Shown one piece after another: positions 24,971 to 36,273 of a DNA stretch of 40,984 nucleotides. The notes under the pieces were generated by a model that saw nothing but the letters and a program-made list of their open reading frames with translations, searched no databases and had not been told where the DNA came from. The translations under genes were made by a program, and so were the position numbers. Each line of letters starts with the position of its first letter. Positions within the stretch are counted from its first letter, which is position 1. The stretch comes from Octopus bimaculoides (Eukaryota), in NCBI RefSeq assembly GCF_001194135.2, contig NC_069008.1, positions 16,597,509 to 16,638,492 on the forward strand, in the 5' to 3' direction.

Positions 24971-25308
24971 TATTTACATTTGACGGATATTTGTCCTCAT
25001 CTTGTTTGTTGTTAACACGTTTCAGCCGATATACGCTCCAGCCTTCATCAGGTGTCTTGGGGAATTTTCAAACGGGCATAGTGGTTAAGAGCGCAGGCTA
25101 CTAACCCCAAGATTCTAAGTTCAATTCCAGGCAGTGACCTGAATAATAATAATGATGATGATAATAATAATAATAGTATCGAAAAATACCTTAGGAATGA
25201 GAACCCAGATTCGAAATTTCCCCAAGACACCTGATGGTGGGTATATTAGATGAAACGTTGTGTTAGCAACAAACAAGATGAGGACAAATATCCGTCAAAT
25301 GTAAGTAA
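24971..25308. mobile_element. Penelope-like remnant: ~95-bp inverted arms with hammerhead-like cores around a tRNA-like head
   Basis: Arms at 24971-25068 and 25214-25308 are imperfect reverse complements. Each carries GACAC-CTGATG(A/G)..GAAACGT..GTT. Confidence 0.6.
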
Positions 25309-25807
25309 TATACATAATTCCTCATCTCTTAAATATAGAACTATATTGTGTGAAAATGATCAAAAGTCTGGCGCTGTGCCTTGTTTGATGTGAATGCATG
25401 AATAGTATCTTTAGGAATTTGCCTATCTACGATGAAANNNNNNNNNNNNNNNNNNNNNNNNNNNNNNNNNNNNNNNNNNNNNNNNNNNNNNNNNNNNNNN
25501 NNNNNNNNNNNNNNNNNNNNNNNNNNNNNNNNNNNNNNNNNNNNNNNNNNNNNNNNNNNNNNNNNNNNNNNNNNNNNNNNNNNNNNNNNNNNNNNNNNNN
25601 NNNNNNNNNNNNNNNNNNNNNNNNNNNNNNNNNNNNNNNNNNNNNNNNNNNNNNNNNNNNNNNNNNNNNNNNNNNNNNNNNNNNNNNNNNNNNNNNNNNN
25701 NNNNNNNNNNNNNNNNNNNNNNNNNNNNNNNNNNNNNNNNNNNNNNNNNNNNNNNNNNNNNNNNNNNNNNNNNNNNNNNNNNNNNNNNNNNNNNNNNNNN
25801 NNNNNNA

Positions 25808-26020
25808 AGCGATGTTGGGGGGACAAACACAGACACACAAACATATACACATATATACGACGGGCTTCTTTCAGTTTCCGTCTACCAATCCACTCACAAG
25901 GCTTTGGTCGGCCCGCGGCTATAGTAGAAGACACTTGCCCAAGGTGCCACACAGTGGGACTGAACCCAGAACCATGTGGTTGGTAAGCAAGCTATTTACC
26001 ACACAGCCACTCCTGCGCCT
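25808..26020 (-). mobile_element. Same tRNA-derived SINE, 5' half with tRNA-like head
   Basis: Minus strand GGCGCAGGAGTGGCTGTGTGGTAA..GGTTCAGTCCC (A/B-box-like), continuing into the sequence shared with the other two copies. Confidence 0.75.
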
Positions 26021-26185
26021 GTTTTTTTTTTAATTTTAAAAACAATGGCTTTAAGTGCCCTTTGTCCCTTGTTTGAAGAAGGCTAGAACCTGTATGTGTT
26101 AGAAACAACAGACAACAGTTGAAATATCAAAATGGACAACAGACGAAATATAAAAAGTGAAACAAATGCATTGGTAGATAAACAA

Positions 26186-26431
26186 ACGAGCGAGATCGTT
26201 GCCAGTGCCCCTGGACTGGCTCTTGTGTGGGTGGCATATAAAATACACCATTTCGGGTGACACGTAAAAGCACCCACTACACTCTTAGAGTGGTTGGCGT
26301 TAGGATGGGCATCCAGCTGTAGAAACTCTGCCAAATCAGATTGGAGCCTGGTGTAGCCATCCGGTTTCACCAGTCCTCAGTCAAATCGTCCAACCCATGC
26401 TAGCATGGAAAGCGGACGTTAAACGATGATG
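26186..26431 (+). mobile_element. SINE / RTE-like element
   Basis: Family consensus ending GGACGTTAAACGATGATG. Confidence 0.85.
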
Positions 26432-26820
26432 GTTAACAAATAGAAGAGAGGAAATGGAACCTCACCTTTCAGGTAACTCAGAATAGGTAAAGGTAAGCTT
26501 GCTGAAATTAAATGCAGCTTAAGTACGGAGATTAAGATTGTTTGGTATTGGATATTCGTCATGTAGTGTTCTTGGACAATTTAATCACAGTCCGAAATTT
26601 TCTCTAATGCCAATATACGATGACATGGATTTAAAAAAGTATGGAAGACCCTACATACAAAAGACTTTGTCCATTTATGCGAGAGTTCTGGGCAAAATGT
26701 GGATGACCATCCTTCGGACATACCTAATGTGTAAGTAAAGTTTGGAGAAAATTGATTAAGAATTGTGGAAAATGCATGCATTAATCATTATGCATACACA
26801 TACAGTGATTTATACATACA

Positions 26821-27421
26821 AGATTACATCAACTGTCCTGTGTCCATTTATGCTTCTGTAAGACATTTTTATTGATGGTTATATGAGATACATATGTTTA
26901 GAAGCAATTTTCACATAGTAGTTGTATCCAGTTTGGAACAGAAGTGGATACAGACAGAATCCCATATTCCTGTCTGTTGCAAGGGGCTACTAAAATGGCT
27001 ACAAAAAGACAAACATGTAAAACAAGAAAAGCATAGATTCAGTTGAATTTTATTTGTTCATCAATATTTCTTTATGTTTGATCTATATATGGTCACTTCA
27101 CCTGCTAGTAACAACAGCTAAATTCCATCCAATGTAAACCTTCTGGTTCTCAGAACTGGAATTTACTTGCTGACATAATCCTGGATATATGACGTCAGAA
27201 TGTAAAACAGGATAGTCATGGATGGGATACAACTGCCTCTGCAGAAGAAGTCTGAGAAGTAATATGCAAGAGAAAGACAAAGACTGTTCCACTGAGAGAG
27301 AGGGGGGTTTGTGAGTGTAAAAGGAGAGGGGGAGGAAAAGGAAGGGGGATGCAGTGAGTAGTGAACCTGTGTCTATTGAGGAGCAGAAAGAAAGCAATGA
27401 TACAGTTGGTAGGGGGAGACT
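26821..27421 (+). repeat. Distal 3'-flank module, paralogous to 33650-34112 and 40680-40905; related pieces at 18800-19120 and 11000-11140
   Basis: Direct alignment by eye, e.g. CATGGATGGGATACAACTGCCTCTGCAGAAGAAGTCTGAGAAG. Confidence 0.85.
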
Positions 27422-27719
27422 NNNNNNNNNNNNNNNNNNNNNNNNNNNNNNNNNNNNNNNNNNNNNNNNNNNNNNNNNNNNNNNNNNNNNNNNNNNNNNN
27501 NNNNNNNNNNNNNNNNNNNNNNNNNNNNNNNNNNNNNNNNNNNNNNNNNNNNNNNNNNNNNNNNNNNNNNNNNNNNNNNNNNNNNNNNNNNNNNNNNNNN
27601 NNNNNNNNNNNNNNNNNNNNNNNNNNNNNNNNNNNNGGATTAATGTAACAAGCAGGGGAGAACAATTAATACACACACTAATGAGTGACAGTCCAGGTGA
27701 AATGAGGGGATTCCACTGA

Positions 27720-28410
27720 GATGAATGTCTGTCTTGGAATTGGTTTCATGTATTTTGAACACCATCACCATCACAGAATTTCTAAGGTCTTCCAAACAAT
27801 ATCAGTGGTATAGATATCCACCAGAGAAAAATCTCTGTGAATATTTAAAGAGCAACAGTATTGAATCACCAATTTAGATTTAGAAGAAGATCAGGATGAT
27901 CTACTGAAGTCTTTGGATTATGATTCCCAGCCATCTTCTGCACCAAAATGTCTCCAGTCTCAACAAATTTGGTAAAGATGTCATTGCAAAGCTTATTACA
28001 TTGACCGAGGACATTTGCAGTACAGTTCATGGCATCTGCATTCTTCTACGTTCATCCAGGTCTTTTATTATTGTGCAGCACAACATGTTTATGACAAAAT
28101 TTGACTTCTACAGAGAGAATAGCCACTTTCTCCTCATTCATAAGGCTCCTAGGTTGATTTTTTTCACAAAGCTCTCCACAAATGCGAGAAATGGTTTATC
28201 CACAAATTTATGCTTTTTCTTGGGAGTGTGAGGAACATTTCCCCTGTCTTTCCTTCTCTTCTCAGCTCCAAAACACAATCTTCAACTTGGTCCCTTCCTT
28301 TGTTTCTTTCCATAACTTTATAAACATGGATGAAATGCTGATAAGCATTTTACCAGACATCCTCACAATTCTGCCAGCTTACCACATTATTATTTACCAA
28401 CGACATTAAA
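27720..28410 (-). repeat. Decayed repeat shared by ZNF 3' flanks (possible Tc1/IS630 paired-like transposase relic)
   Basis: Homologous to 128-386 (plus) and 34113-34222. Minus frame reads ANVLGQCNKLCNDIFTKFVETGDI..GNHNPK. Confidence 0.45.
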
Positions 28411-28772
28411 TATAATGATAGTATCTTCCCTCTATCCTTGAAGTATGTTATATATATATATGTGTGTGTGTGTGTGAGAGAGCATGTTTATACTCGAAAT
28501 ACAACATTGTAACACTGGATAAATAAAATGTAGTGATAGCAGCTAGTTATCACATTCAGATACCTTTTTTTTTTTACTATAAATAAATTGATGTTTACAA
28601 GTTATTTTCAGAATGGAGCAACTCTTCTCCAACTAAACTCTGTGAATGCCATGGAAGAATCTACTAAATTGGCTGATTTTGTTGACATAAGAAAGGGCAT
28701 CTGGCAGTAAAAAAAATATCAGAAGGGGTAAACATGATAAGTATGGTTACTGTCAAGGGGTCAAGGATACAA

Positions 28773-30140
28773 TCACTCTTTCAAATGGATAGATGCATGT
28801 GCATTTAAGGTACTTCTGTGAGAGAATGATTTACCACAGGTGTCACAGTGAAATGGCTTCTCACCTGTATGAATTCGTTTGTGTGTAGTTAAGGTACTAT
28901 TTAGAGAGAATGATTTACCACAGGTAACACAGTGAAAGGGCTTCTCACCTGTATGAATTTGTTTGTGTGTAGTTAAGGTACTGTTTACAGAGAACGATTT
29001 ACCACAGATATCACAGTGAAATGGCCTCTCTCCAGTATGAATACGTTTGTGATTAGTTAATTGACAGCTTTGAGAGAAAGACTGACCACAGAAAACACAG
29101 TGATATGGCCTCTCTCCTGTATGAATACGTTTGTGTTTAGTTAAGTGACTGCTTACAGAGAATGATTTACCACACGTAACACAGTGATACGGTCTCTCTC
29201 CTGTATGAATATATTTGTGACTGCTTAAGTGACTATTTTCAGAGAATGATTTACCACAGATATCACAGTGATATGGTTTCTCTTGTGTGTGAATTCGTTT
29301 GTGTGTAGTTAAGGCACTGTTTTCAGAGAATGATTTACCACAGGTATCACAATGAAATGGCTTTTCTCCTGTATGAATACGTTTGTGTGTAGTTAAGGTA
29401 CTGTTTACAGAGAATGATTTACCACAGACATCACAGTGAAATGGTGTCTCTCCTGTGTGAATACGTCTGTGTCTTCTTAAGTTACTATTTTCAGTGAATG
29501 TCTTGTCACAGATATCACAGTCATATGGTCTCTCTCCCGTGTGAATAAGTCTGTGTTTTGTTAAGGCACTGCTTTGATAGAATGATTTACCACAGGTAAC
29601 ACAGTGAAATGACTTCTCACCTGTATGAACACGAATGTGATTAGTTAAGTTTCTGTTTGCAGAGAATGATTTACCGCAGATATCACAGTGAAATGGTTTG
29701 TCACCTGTATGAATAAGTTTGTGCTTAGATAAGCCAGTGCTTTCAGAGAATGATTTACCACAAGTATCACAGTGAAATGGTTTCTCTCCTGTATGAATAC
29801 GTTTGTGTGTAGTTAAGGTACTGTTCACAGAGAATGATTTACCACAGGTAATACAGTGAAATGGCTTCTCTCCTGTATGAATACGTTTGTGTGTAGTTAA
29901 TTGACTGTTTTGAGAGAATGATTTGCCACAGGTAACACAGTGAAATGGCCTCTCTCCTGTATGAATACGTTTGTGTGTAGTTAATTGACTGTTTTGAGAG
30001 AATGATTTGCCACAGGTAACACAGTGATATGGTCTCTCCCCTGTATGAATACGTTTATGTTTCATTAATTGATTGTTTGCAGAGAATGATTTACCACAGA
30101 TTTCACAACAATGTTGTGATTTTCCTAATTCTTTTGACAT
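28773..30140 (-). CDS. C2H2 zinc-finger protein D (16 fingers, 455 aa)
   Basis: ATG at 30140 (MSKELGKS) followed by 16 uninterrupted canonical fingers ending HASIHLKE*. Confidence 0.95.
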   Translation of the reverse strand: MSKELGKSQHCCEICGKSFSANNQLMKHKRIHTGERPYHCVTCGKSFSQNSQLTTHKRIHTGERPFHCVTCGKSFSQNSQLTTHKRIHTGEKPFHCITCGKSFSVNSTLTTHKRIHTGEKPFHCDTCGKSFSESTGLSKHKLIHTGDKPFHCDICGKSFSANRNLTNHIRVHTGEKSFHCVTCGKSFYQSSALTKHRLIHTGERPYDCDICDKTFTENSNLRRHRRIHTGETPFHCDVCGKSFSVNSTLTTHKRIHTGEKPFHCDTCGKSFSENSALTTHKRIHTQEKPYHCDICGKSFSENSHLSSHKYIHTGERPYHCVTCGKSFSVSSHLTKHKRIHTGERPYHCVFCGQSFSQSCQLTNHKRIHTGERPFHCDICGKSFSVNSTLTTHKQIHTGEKPFHCVTCGKSFSLNSTLTTHKRIHTGEKPFHCDTCGKSFSHRSTLNAHASIHLKE

Positions 30141-31140
30141 TTCTCTTAGGGATACAAACAGACCCAACCCTTGAAGTTTCTCACAGTAATAAATTTTGTC
30201 GCTTATCCTTCGTCTCTCACCACCTTCTTGTTCTTGTTATAATTTATTCCTTAAAAATATTTCAAGTATTATCAACTGTGATTTTAATGATATCTAAAAT
30301 CGTGGAAACACCTTTGCAATTATATTCAAGTTTAATTAGAATGCAAAAACACCAGATAATGAGATGGAGAAATGGTGCTATGAATCTTCAATCAGAGCAA
30401 ATATTTCACAGTAATTCCAGTCTAGATTTATAGCAGTTGGGTTATTATACTTGTTTTCTAAAACATTTTCTTTTAGTCTTTAAAACATGGTAAATATTCC
30501 AGATGTATCCAATGTTAAAAAAGTTATTCTGTGCCAATGTATTCTGTTAATCTGAAATAATAAAGAAACAGTATTAGACATAGAGGAGAGATCAAAATGG
30601 AAAGGTTTCAATATTTCTTTGATTAACAAATGACATCATTTAACATTGGGTGAAATCTAAAAATTTGTAAACTACAACTACACCTTCACATTGTGTAACA
30701 TCATATATGCAATGTGTGTAACGTATTTGAGGACATAGTTGACACATGCGAAAACTACCTTCCTAGTTAGCCTTCCTTTGATGTTGCTGCACCTCTTATG
30801 TGTCTATAACTTACACTGGGTACATCTCATAAATATATATATATATATATTTTTTGTTTTTGGATTTGGTTTGCAAGATTCTTTATGTAAGTTCCTGTGT
30901 TGAAGCATATTCCGTTGTATCTGGGTAGAGTCATTCTCTTTTAGTGCCTTATAATTTAACACACTCACTGGTAAAATTTCCACTTAATTCTTTTTCTAAA
31001 ATTTTTTTTTTTTAATGATGCGGTCAATTCCTGGGGTACCGTGGGGGAAAATAAATCTGAAAATTCCCCGCCAAAACGGAGAAAATCCATCTTCGCTAAA
31101 TTTTCTATGAACCGAATGGCCACATGAGCCNNNNNNNNNN

Positions 31141-31370
31141 GGCCCACGATTTGTCTCTGAAAGACATTTCTCATAAGGTCCACTGCAACAAGAATACTTG
31201 TGCAATTTCAACTGTGAATTGATTTTACGGACATAAAATAGGAAATTATCCCGTGTTGTCTTTAGAGTGTGTCATTAGATCTGTTCTTTGGTGAAACTTA
31301 GTCTACTTAGGAACATTCTGCTCAACATGGCTCACTGTAGCGTAGTGTTGTGTGCTCTGGAGTAAAGCAA
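31141..31370 (-). mobile_element. Merlin relic (inverted segment) in the gene D intron
   Basis: High DNA similarity to 2571-2799 and 17936-18175. Confidence 0.6.
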
Positions 31371-31597
31371 TCTGAATTAGATATGACCAGAGAAGCTAAA
31401 GAGAGGGGGATGACAGCACGGAAGACCACAGTCCCTCGGGACCCACGAAGGGTAATGCTGAAAACCTGGACACCTTCAGAGACGGGATGGGCGGAACAGA
31501 AGACTCAATCCACGGTGTAAGTATTCCCGGATTTCTGAAAGCCAGATAAGAGATCCGGCACGTACGATCAATCGATAGATAGGTGTGTATATCTTAC

Positions 31598-31890
31598 CTG
31601 TTATGCTATACAAATCAATATTTAGTGTGAAAATATATTTAATCACACCAAATCTCCGTAAAAACATCATTATTCTTTCGAGTCAAGCACGTTGTATAGG
31701 AAACGGAAGTGCGGTGTGTCATGTGACAGAAGTAACTCCACCGCTCTCTAGTATATAAAACCAAAAATACGAAGAATAAGGGGGGGGGGTGAAATAATAA
31801 TATTTCGATGTAAATCACCATGGTTACTGTGGCTAATATCAGGCTCTGATAGATGAACCTTTATTGTCAGCGGCGGTGGTGATGTTCTGA
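31598..31890 (-). promoter_or_regulatory. Cassette promoter/non-coding exon 1, copy D
   Basis: X-box-like motif 31814-31827, E-box 31718-31727, ETS 31699-31710, donor at 31598/31597, acceptor at 30552/30551 (predicted intron 1046 bp). Confidence 0.65.
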
Positions 31891-31913
31891 AAGATATATT
31901 TTATACTTCATTT

Positions 31914-32170
31914 GGCGAGCTGGCAGAATCGTTAGCGAAATGCTTGGCGGTATTTCGTCTGCCGTTACGTTCTCAGTTCAAATTCCGCCGAGGTCGACTT
32001 TGCTTTCATCCTTTCGGGGTCGATAAATTAAGTACCAGTTAAGCACTGAGGTCGATGTAATCGACTTAATCCCTTTGTCTGTCCTTGTTCGTCCCCTCTA
32101 TGTTTAGCCCCTTGTGGGCAGTAAAGAAATAGGTATTTCGCCCGTCGTTATGTTCTGAGTTCAAATTCTG
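31914..32170 (+). mobile_element. tRNA-derived SINE of a different family
   Basis: GGCGAGCTGGCAGAATCGTTAGC..GTTCAAATTCC head and a TTTCATCCTTTCGGGGTCGATAAATTAAGTACCAG central domain. Confidence 0.7.
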
Positions 32171-32559
32171 GCGTCATTTTGGTGGCCGGTCGATGAATTG
32201 AATACCACTGAAATCTCTCCAATCTATAAATATATCATCGTCTTTTAATATCCATGCGGGCATCGGTTGAAAAGGAATTGCCAGTGGGGAAGCAAATTTC
32301 TTTCGCAGGAGAGTTCCGGATCCCACTTAAGAGCTCATTTGCACACAAGCAAATGTGAGCTCAACGATCAAACTAATGTATCAGCGCGTAACAATCGATG
32401 GGCGATGAAATAAGGTCACGTGGTTAATGAATGACCATACTTTTTTCTCACTTATTAATGCTTGTTCTTTACTTTGTAAAAGAGTAACGGGAGAGGGTTG
32501 CTAGCACCCTCTATCCACATCTTTACCATACGGGGCCCCTAACAAAATCCGACAAAAGG

Positions 32560-32975
32560 TATAGATGCAAATCTATCTAATTACTTGTCTCCTAAACTCG
32601 GCGGTGATCGGTCGACTTACAACACTGTTCTTCGTCATGAGTTTACTTGGTAGAGAGTTTAAGTTGACAAGGTCAAAGTGAGCTCTGATTGGCTTCATGC
32701 AGATGAGTTCATTGCTGGGAGCCGGAACTCTCGTCAGAAAAAAAAATCGCAAGCCGGAACGCTGCACCAGACACGAGAGGCTTCAACAAAGTTTCCGTTA
32801 TCCAAATCAAGTTACGAGGTTTTAGACGGCGCAGGACTACAGTTGAAAACACTTCTCTAAAGTGCAAAGCTGTTGGAGTGAAGCTAAAGCGAAACGTCTG
32901 AAACACATATTCTAGACTAACCCATTGCGCCCTGACGTCTTGAATCTTATTTGACCATATACGTGGCTTCCTGGT
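32560..32975 (+). mobile_element. Decayed Merlin DDE/C-terminal fragment
   Basis: Read across frameshifts: NYLSPKLGGD, GR..K(W)ALIG, SSYEVLDGAG, VQSCWSEAKAK, LESYL..YTW. These resemble the Merlin xIGG, WVFG, IESxWxxxK and LDSYLxEYxWR motifs. Confidence 0.5.
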
Positions 32976-34176
32976 GCATACCACCGGTAGAGCGGTACAA
33001 AGATAAATAAGCTATTCACCGGTACAACGAGCTCAAAGGGATACTGTCCTTAAAGGAAATTTTTATTACAAATATCGCTGTGCGAAGTTGTCTCCCTTAC
33101 ACAGATACAGTCTTGGATAGGATTTGTATGAAACAGTGGTCTCTAACCATTTTAATACCACGGACAGGCTTCATGCCGGACAACCTTTCCGCGGACCGAT
33201 AGTGGCGCACATGTATAATATAGCTGAAACGAAATGTTTTGAACACACAAACTCGAGATTAATGTCCAGAAAGGAAGATTTAATTCTTACAAATCTGAAA
33301 ATTAGTTGAACATTATTACAAATAAATAAATAAATATATACATTTACTGTAAAATGTACTCACAGTTATGGCAAATAGTATAGATAGACATCAACGATAC
33401 ACTAATTATAAAAAGATACATTAATTATGAGAAAATGTATTCATTATAAAATGAACTTACAGTTACAATAGATAGTAGAGTAGATGAATATCGAATATTT
33501 AAACAAATCTTTTTAAATTCAAGTCCAATATTCAACTTAATTATAATATAATTTGAAACAAGTTAATTATTTCTTTGCAGCCTGATAGCAACTTGTGGTA
33601 GGGGTCCTCTGATATAAAATACAAAGTTGGTAGTTGATCTTATATATTATTACATCGTCTGTCCTGTGTACATTTACAGTTCTAAAGACATTTTTATTTA
33701 AGGTTAGATAAGATACATAATTTTAGAAGCAATTTTGACATAGTAGTTGTATCCAGTTTAGACCAGAAGTGGATGCAGACAGAATCCCATATCCCTGTCT
33801 GTTGCAAGGGGCTACTAAAATGGCTACAAACAGAAAAACATGTAAAACAAGAAAAAAATAGATTCTGTTGAATTTTATTTGTTCATTAATATTTCTTTAT
33901 GTTTGATCTATATATGGTCACTTCACCTGCTAGTAACAATAGCTAAGTTTTATCCAGTTGAAACCTGGTTCTCAGAACTGGAGTTTACTTGCTGATGTAA
34001 TCCAGGATAAAGAATGTGAGAATGTAAAACAGGATAGTCATGGATGGGATACAACTGCCTCTGCAGAAGAAGTCTGAGAAGCAATATGCAAGAGAAAGAC
34101 AAAAACTGTTCCAAAGCTTATTACATTGACCGAGGACATTTGAAGTATGGTTCATGGCATCTGCATTCTCCTTTAT

Positions 34177-35154
34177 TCACCCAGGTCTTTTATCATTCTG
34201 CAGCACAACATGTTTCTGACAAATAGATGCATGTGTAGTTAAGTGATTTCTCCAAGAGAATGATTTACCACAGGAATCGCAGTGATATGGTCTCTCTCCT
34301 GTATGAGTACGTTTGTGACTAGTTAATCCATTTGTCTGAGAGAATGATTTACCACAGATATCACAACGATGTGGTTTTTCTCCTGTATGTATAAATTTGT
34401 GTTTAGTTAACTCACTACCTCCAGTGAATGATTTACCACAGATATCACAGTGATATGGTTTCTCTCCTGTGTGAATACGTTTGTGAGTTGTTAAGTCACT
34501 ACTTCCAGAGAATGATTTAGCACATACATCGCAGTGGAATGGCTTCTCTCCTGTATGGATACGTATATGCTTAGTTAAGGAAGTGTTTAGAGAGAATGAT
34601 TTACCACAGGTATCACAGTGATATGGTTTCTCACCTGTATGAATACGTTTGTGACGGATTAAGTGGGCATTCAGAGTGAATGCCTGGCCACAAATACCAC
34701 AGTGATATGGTCTCTCTCCTGTATGAATACGTATGTGTGTAGTTAAGGCATTGTTTACTGAGAATGATTTACCACAGGTAATACAGTGATACGGTCTCTC
34801 TCCTGTGTGAGTACGTCTGTGGTTAATTAAGGCACTGTTTTGAGAGAATGATTTACCACAGGTATCACAGTGAAAGGGCTTTTCACCTGTATGAATACGC
34901 ATGTGTGTAGTTAAGGCATTGTTTACTAAGAATGATTTACCACAGGTAACACAGTGATATGGTTTCTCTCCTGTATGAATATGTTTGTGTTTAGTTAAGT
35001 GACCGTTTTGAGAGAATGATTTACCACAGATTTCACAGTGAAAGGGCTTCTCACCTGTATGAACACGTATGTGATTAATCAAGTTTGTATTTACAGAGAA
35101 TGATCTACCACAGATTTCACAGCAATGATGTGATTTTCCTAAATCTTTTGACAT
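34177..35154 (-). CDS. C2H2 zinc-finger protein E (10 canonical fingers, a C2HC-like 11th and a repeat-derived tail; 325 aa)
   Basis: ATG at 35154 (MSKDLGKS); the array ends HASICQKHVVLQNDKRPG*. Confidence 0.93.
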   Translation of the reverse strand: MSKDLGKSHHCCEICGRSFSVNTNLINHIRVHTGEKPFHCEICGKSFSQNGHLTKHKHIHTGEKPYHCVTCGKSFLVNNALTTHMRIHTGEKPFHCDTCGKSFSQNSALINHRRTHTGERPYHCITCGKSFSVNNALTTHIRIHTGERPYHCGICGQAFTLNAHLIRHKRIHTGEKPYHCDTCGKSFSLNTSLTKHIRIHTGEKPFHCDVCAKSFSGSSDLTTHKRIHTGEKPYHCDICGKSFTGGSELTKHKFIHTGEKPHRCDICGKSFSQTNGLTSHKRTHTGERPYHCDSCGKSFSWRNHLTTHASICQKHVVLQNDKRPG

Positions 35155-36070
35155 TTCTCTGAGGGATACAAACAGACCCAACCATTGAAGTTTCTCACAG
35201 TATTAAATTTTTCCCTTATCTTTCTTCTCTCACCAAAGCATGCAATTTCCTTCTTCTTGTTCTTGTTATAATTTATTCCTTAGAAATATTTCAACTGCTA
35301 TCAACTGTGATTTTATTGATATCTAAAATTCTGCAAACTCCTTTGCAAATATATTCAAGTTTAATTAGAATGCAAAAGCACCAAATAATGAGATGCAGAA
35401 ATGGTGCTATGAATCTTCAATCAGAACAAATAGTTCACAGTAATTCCAGTCTAGATTTATAGCAGTTGGGTTATTATATTTGTTCTCTAAAACATTTTCT
35501 TTTAGTCTTTAGAACATGGTAAATATTCCAGATGTATCCAATGTTAAAAAAAATTGTTTTGTGCCAATGTCATCCATTAATCTGAAATAATAATGAAACA
35601 GTATTAGATATAGAGGAGAGATCAAAACGGAAATGTTCCAACATTTCTTTATTGATTAACAAACGACATCATATAACATTGGGCGAAATCTAAAAATTTG
35701 TAAACCACAACTACACCTTCACATTGTGTAACATAACATATATATATATATACATACAGGCATACCTCACCCTACGTCATTAATTGTTTTCAGAAGACAC
35801 GATTTAAGTCGAATTAACTTGTCTCTAGGCTAAGCATGGCCAAATTTACTTCTCACTATGCTAAACTGATAATAAGCATCCCCTGACAGCACGGAAGGCC
35901 ACAGTCCCCCGGGACCCACGAAGGGTAAAGCTGAAAACCTGGACATCTTCAGAGACGGGAAGGGCGGAACCGAATACTCAATACACGGTATAAGTATTCC
36001 AGGATTTCTGCAAGCCAGATAAGAGATCCGGCACGAACGATCAATCGATGGATAGGTGTGTATATCTTAC

Positions 36071-36258
36071 CTGTTATGCTATACAAATCGATATTTAGTG
36101 GGAAAATATATTCAATCACACCAAATCTCCGTGAAAACATACAGAAACACATTATTGTTTATTCTCCCGAGTCAAGCAGGTTCTAGCGGAAACGGAAGTA
36201 GGGTGTGTCATGTGACAAAAGTAAACCTATCGCTCTCTAGTAAATAAAACCAAGAATG
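36071..36258 (-). promoter_or_regulatory. Cassette promoter/non-coding exon 1, copy E (upstream part replaced by a Merlin ORF)
   Basis: Tandem ETS 36186-36199, E-box 36207-36216, donor at 36071/36070, acceptor at 35582/35581 (predicted intron 489 bp). No X-box. Confidence 0.65.
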
Positions 36259-36273
36259 CTGACACGTGATTGA

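Noticed and set aside
25072-25140. tRNA-like sequence GGCATAGTGGTTAAGAGCGC..GTTCAATTCC
   Set aside because: The acceptor stem is incomplete and it lies inside a repeat; treated as a SINE/TE head, not a tRNA gene.
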